Part shown: positions 59,935 through 64,000 of the stretch, piece by piece
Layout: every line of letters begins with the position of its first letter
Numbering within the stretch: the first letter of the stretch is position 1
DNA from: Armatimonadota bacterium
Lineage (GTDB): Bacteria > Armatimonadota > SYMT01
Length of the DNA: 64,000 nt
Direction of reading: 5' to 3'
NCBI GenBank assembly: GCA_041690135.1
Contig: JAWLHY010000015.1
Span: forward strand, 96,001-160,000
The notes under the pieces: generated by a model
The model's database searches: none
The model's input: only the letters and a program-made list of their open reading frames with translations
What the model was told of the DNA's origin: nothing
Made by a program: the position numbers and the translations under genes

Positions 59935-60648
59935 CTATCTCGTGGCCTGGACTCGCTCCTGGGCACGCTCCACGCGAGCGGCGGAGCTGGGGTGGGTCTG
60001 CAGCCAGCTAATGCCGTTGGCCCCACCGCTCAGGCGGTTCAGGAGTTGGAGCAACCGGACCATTCCCTGCGGATCGTAGCCCGTGCGCCGCATCAGCGCG
60101 ATTGCGTCGTCGTCCGCCTCATATTCCTGGCGACGACCGTAGGACAGGAGTTGGATGTTCGCGGCCACCCGACCCGCCGCGCCCACATCGCCTCCGGCGG
60201 CCTGCTCCAGTACGGCCGCGCCCAGGCCATAGATGGAGGAGCGTTCCATCTGCCGGGCCGAGTGCCGGTTGGCCACGTGCGCTACCTCATGGGCCAGCAC
60301 GCCGGCCAGCATGTCCTCGTCCCCTCCGATCCGCTGGAGCATGCCCTCATAGATGTAGATCGGCCCGCCCGGCAGCGCCATGGCGTTGATCTCCGGCCGG
60401 TCGATCACCTTGAAGCTCCAGGGCAGGTTCGGACGGGAGCTGGCGGCCGCCAGGCGCTGGCCGATACGGCTCACGGCCGGGTCGTTGTAGGTTCGGTACT
60501 GGCGCTCGATCGCCGCCGCCGTCTGCTGTCCGGCGCGGATCTCTTCACTCTCGCTGACGTCCGTGGCGCCGCAGCCGGCCATCAGCGTCAGGGTTCCCGA
60601 AAGCAGCAGGACGCCTGCCGCGGCTCGGAATGCGCAAACCATCTTCAC
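59935..60648 (-). CDS. M48 family metallopeptidase lipoprotein
   Basis: MAGC lipobox, NAMALPGG, HEVAH, EYEAD, THP. Confidence 0.92.
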   Translation of the reverse strand: MKMVCAFRAAAGVLLLSGTLTLMAGCGATDVSESEEIRAGQQTAAAIERQYRTYNDPAVSRIGQRLAAASSRPNLPWSFKVIDRPEINAMALPGGPIYIYEGMLQRIGGDEDMLAGVLAHEVAHVANRHSARQMERSSIYGLGAAVLEQAAGGDVGAAGRVAANIQLLSYGRRQEYEADDDAIALMRRTGYDPQGMVRLLQLLNRLSGGANGISWLQTHPSSAARVERAQERVQATR

Positions 60649-60667
60649 CTCCGTAGTTGTTCCGGAG

Positions 60668-61945
60668 TCAGCGCCGGGGCCGGCGACGGACCGCCTGCTT
60701 TACGGCACGCTCCGCAGTTCGTTCCACCTGGTTCAACAGCGGGAAGAGACGGCCCGGCCCTGATTCTCGCCACAACTGCACGCGGTGATTGATCCGGTCC
60801 GTGGCTCCCCAGAGATACTTGTAGGGTTCGTTCCCGCGCAGGAAGTCGAACTCGACCGCGCCCTGGGCGGCTGCCGCTTCGATGGCGAAGCCGATGAGCA
60901 GCGTTCCGGGGCTGGCGTGCGACAGCTCGGGGTCGAACCCCCCGCCGTAGTAGTACCCCCGGCGCCGGCAGACGAAACAGTAGAGCGCTCCGTGCACCGC
61001 CCCTCGCAGGTATAATCCGTGGAGGTGCAGCCAGCCGCGCCGCTGGAAAGCCGCCGCTGCCTCCGCGTGGAAGGCGCGCACCCGGCGCCCGCCGAACACG
61101 CCCGGCAGGCCTCGCTTGCGCCAGCGGGTACCGTGAAGGCGGAACATCTCCGTGAGGAGGGGGAGGACCTGGTCGGGCCCGGCGGTTTCCAGGCGCAGCT
61201 CCCCCAACCGCTCCGCCCGGCGCCGGTAATAGCGCAGGTTGGAGCGCATCTTCCCCGGCACGAAGGCAAGTGCCTCCCCCGGTGAAGGCTCGAGTGAGAG
61301 AACCGGGCAGACTTCCTGGGCAATCACGGAAGTCTCATGCCAGGGGAGGCCCGCGTGCGGTTGCATTGACAGCTGCGGTGCGCCGGGTAACCTCACCCCC
61401 CTCGCCCCTCTCTCCGACGCAGAGAGGGGGAGCTCACGCGCAAGGCCAGGTAGCGAAACCAGTTCAGCGTTGACGCAAACACGCTCCTGTCCAGGATTGC
61501 TCGCACACGTGGGGGCGAGGTCTCTCTGGGCTCCATAACTATCAACGGTTCCTCCGTGCAGCGTAGATCCTTCTCGAACTTGCTGGAAGTCGCAGAAGTC
61601 CCAATCGTTACGCCGGGCTTCGAGGTATTCCCAGAAGGGAAGAGGGGAGGTGCCGGGCCGGAGGAGCCAGTCCAGGTAGTCTGAGTTTCCGGTCCCCAGC
61701 AGGGACACGCCCCGGAGCGGCAGGCCGTAGTAGTGATGCCGGAAGAGCGGCGCCAGGCCGCACAGCTCTTTCCCTTCGTAGAGGGCCAGAGCCCAGAGGC
61801 TTCCTCTTCCCAGGTGGCGCCACCAGGGGATCAGCCAATCGGGGGACTGGAAGGGCGTCGCGGAGGGGCACTCTTCCCACAGGCGGTCCCACTCCGGCCG
61901 GAGTGCCTCCAACTCCGCCGGGGTGGTGATCTGCTTCAAATGCAT
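60668..61945 (-). CDS. GNAT family acetyltransferase (CelD/BcsL type)
   Basis: TPFQSPDWL..WW, GLAPL, SDYLD, SPGTLL, FDFLRGNEPYK. Confidence 0.88.
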   Translation of the reverse strand: MHLKQITTPAELEALRPEWDRLWEECPSATPFQSPDWLIPWWRHLGRGSLWALALYEGKELCGLAPLFRHHYYGLPLRGVSLLGTGNSDYLDWLLRPGTSPLPFWEYLEARRNDWDFCDFQQVREGSTLHGGTVDSYGAQRDLAPTCASNPGQERVCVNAELVSLPGLARELPLSASERGARGVRLPGAPQLSMQPHAGLPWHETSVIAQEVCPVLSLEPSPGEALAFVPGKMRSNLRYYRRRAERLGELRLETAGPDQVLPLLTEMFRLHGTRWRKRGLPGVFGGRRVRAFHAEAAAAFQRRGWLHLHGLYLRGAVHGALYCFVCRRRGYYYGGGFDPELSHASPGTLLIGFAIEAAAAQGAVEFDFLRGNEPYKYLWGATDRINHRVQLWRESGPGRLFPLLNQVERTAERAVKQAVRRRPRR

Positions 61946-62916
61946 TCCGATAGGAACGTAGCGCCGAGGACACCGGCATCTTTGCGGAAGTGGGCGGGGA
62001 GCACGGGCACGCGCTGGTAGCCCTTGATGGCGTAGGCGTCGACGGTGGCCTGGATTGTCTTAAAGAGGAGGGGGTTATCCTGGGCGGTACCGCCACCGAC
62101 CAGGACTTTCTCCGGCGCCAGGATCTTCACCAGGTTGGCGATGCCGATCCCGACCCAGCGGCCCGTCTCTGATATCACCGCACGCGAGGCTTTGTCACCG
62201 ACTTCGGCGGCGGCGACCACCGCGCGAAAGTCGAAGTTGCCCGGCTCGAGCGCCTCGCCCAAGCGGGCCAGTGCCGAATCCGGATGGCATTGGACCAGGT
62301 CGCGGGCTCGGGCGGCGATCCCGTCGCGACCCGCCAGGCTCTGCCAGCAGCCGTTCAGGCCGCAGTGGCAGTGAACCGGTCCTTCAACGGCGCCCACGAT
62401 CTGGTGACCGACCTTGCCGACCCGACCCCGCGCGCCGGTGACGAGGCGGCCATCCAGCACGATCCCGCCGCCGATCCCGGTGCCGAGCGTGATCATCGCC
62501 AGGTCGCGGCAGCCCCGACCGGCGCCCGCGCGCAGTTCCGCGAGGGTGGCGGTGAGGCCGTCGTTCAGGATCGTCGCCGGGACCTGAAACCGCTCCCGAA
62601 GTGCGGAAGCCAGCGGAAAGGCCTCCAGGCCGGGGAAGCGCTTCATGGAGTAGCAGATCCCGTCCCGGAAATCGATGTCGCCGGTGATCCCCATGCCGAT
62701 TCCGCACAGCCGGGGTGGGGAACCAGGGCAGCGCGCCAGCAGCCAGTCGGCCATCTCCGCCAGCCGGTCCAGGATCTCGCCGGCCTCCCAGCTTCCGGAG
62801 GAGGGAATGCTCGCGACCGCGAGGAGCGTCTCCTCACCCGACCGGCGCAGGCCGGCGCGAAAGTTGGTACCGCCCAGGTCGGCGCCCAGATATACGCAAG
62901 TTCGATCGGCTGGCAC
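61936..62916 (-). CDS. ROK family protein
   Basis: GADLGGTN, LGTGIGGG, GKVGH, CHCGLNGC, DAGVLGA. Confidence 0.88.
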   Translation of the reverse strand: MPADRTCVYLGADLGGTNFRAGLRRSGEETLLAVASIPSSGSWEAGEILDRLAEMADWLLARCPGSPPRLCGIGMGITGDIDFRDGICYSMKRFPGLEAFPLASALRERFQVPATILNDGLTATLAELRAGAGRGCRDLAMITLGTGIGGGIVLDGRLVTGARGRVGKVGHQIVGAVEGPVHCHCGLNGCWQSLAGRDGIAARARDLVQCHPDSALARLGEALEPGNFDFRAVVAAAEVGDKASRAVISETGRWVGIGIANLVKILAPEKVLVGGGTAQDNPLLFKTIQATVDAYAIKGYQRVPVLPAHFRKDAGVLGATFLSECI

Positions 62917-62918
62917 GG

Positions 62919-64000
62919 TTACAGGAGACGCCGCAGGACTTCGCCTTCCGCGATCGGGAAGGGACGCGCGACGCGGTCCATGATTTCCGTGTGCGGGTCG
63001 ACGCCAAGGCAGTGGAAGAGCGTGGCAGCGAGATCGCCAGGCGATACGGGATCACTGGCGGGATAAGCGCCGTCCGGAGTGCTGGAGCCGTACACCTGTC
63101 CGCCGCGGATACCGCCACCGGCCAGGAGCACACTGAACACCTGCGGCCAGTGGTCGCGACCCCCGTTCGGGTTGAAGCGGGGAGTGCGCCCGAACTCCCC
63201 GGTCACCACTACCAGCGTTTCGTCCAGCAGGCCGCGGTCGTGGAGATCCGCGAGCAGCGAGGAGACGGCGCGGTCGGTGGGAGGCAGCAACTCATCCTGG
63301 CACCAGGGCAGGTGGCGGCTGTGGGTGTCCCAGCCCTGGCCCCCGGCGCCGCTGTCGTGGCGGACCCAGTTCACGGCCACCAGGCGGACCCCGGCCTCTA
63401 CCAGACGGCGTGCCATCAGCACGCTTTGCCCGAAGATGTGCCGCCCGTACCGTTCCCGCGTGGCCGGCGATTCCTGGTCCAGGTCGAAGGCTCGAGCCGC
63501 CTCACCGCCCGTGAGGATATCGAAGGCCTGGGCGTAGTTCGGCTGGAGACCGATGCCCGCACCGGGTTCCTCTTCCAGGCGGAGGCGCAGGTTCGCCTGC
63601 TCCAGCAGCGCGCGGCGGCGGGTCAAGCGGCCTTCCGTCATACCCTCGATAACTCGCAGCTCTCCGGAGGAGAAATCGGCCTTGTAGGGGTCTCCGTTCA
63701 CGACCATCGGGTCGTACGCCGAGCCGAGGAACCCGGCGTGCTGGCCGGCGCGGATGGGACCGTTCGGGTTCATCTGCTCCGGCAGGGTCACAAAAGTTGG
63801 GAGCCCTCGCGATTCCGAGGGGCGCAGCAGCGTCAGGACCGACCCGTAATGGGGATGATCTTCCCGCGACATCGCGGCCGCCCGGGCAGGGGCTCGCGGG
63901 TACTTCCGACCCGTGATCATCCAGTAGCAGCCCGCCGGGTGCCCTGCGTCCTTATGGTTCATGGAGCGGATCAGCGCGTACTTGTCCGCATGTTTCGCGA
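62919..64000 (-). CDS. DUF1501 domain protein, 5'-truncated by the window edge
   Basis: ARRLVEAGV, WDTH, GEFGRTP, GRDHW, GGGIRGG. Confidence 0.9.
   Translation of the reverse strand, partial: AKHADKYALIRSMNHKDAGHPAGCYWMITGRKYPRAPARAAAMSREDHPHYGSVLTLLRPSESRGLPTFVTLPEQMNPNGPIRAGQHAGFLGSAYDPMVVNGDPYKADFSSGELRVIEGMTEGRLTRRRALLEQANLRLRLEEEPGAGIGLQPNYAQAFDILTGGEAARAFDLDQESPATRERYGRHIFGQSVLMARRLVEAGVRLVAVNWVRHDSGAGGQGWDTHSRHLPWCQDELLPPTDRAVSSLLADLHDRGLLDETLVVVTGEFGRTPRFNPNGGRDHWPQVFSVLLAGGGIRGGQVYGSSTPDGAYPASDPVSPGDLAATLFHCLGVDPHTEIMDRVARPFPIAEGEVLRRLL

Overview
High-GC bacterial chromosomal window. Gene content suggests Armatimonadota or a related Terrabacteria lineage (inference only: tmk-darA-holB and alaS-ruvX-mltG-yqeG synteny, a Ycf45-like ATPase, sulfatases, DUF1501). 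It is mostly housekeeping: family-4 UDG, HIT, two sulfatases, a MazEF-type TA pair, two ROK proteins, an arginine operon (argD, ClpN-OTC fusion, argF, GxxExxY, argG, paiB, argH), rpmB, a divergent argS, alaS, panD and a TPP-riboswitch-controlled thiGESO operon. No rRNA, tRNA, CRISPR array or intact transposase/integrase was seen. Most notable: (1) a tandem argF paralogue fused to a ClpC-type N-terminal domain with degenerate catalytic motifs; (2) a GxxExxY nuclease-like gene bracketed by GACACAGAGGGACACAGA inverted-repeat elements that also occur without the gene, resembling a REPIN-type system; (3) several other dispersed palindromic and short tandem repeat families, some read in-frame inside genes; (4) a NALKHGL-motif protein with downstream direct repeats; (5) a 6S-RNA-like and a second sRNA candidate, each with promoter and terminator; (6) an ArgRS lacking several canonical motifs. 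All family calls are from motif recognition by eye; no searches were run.
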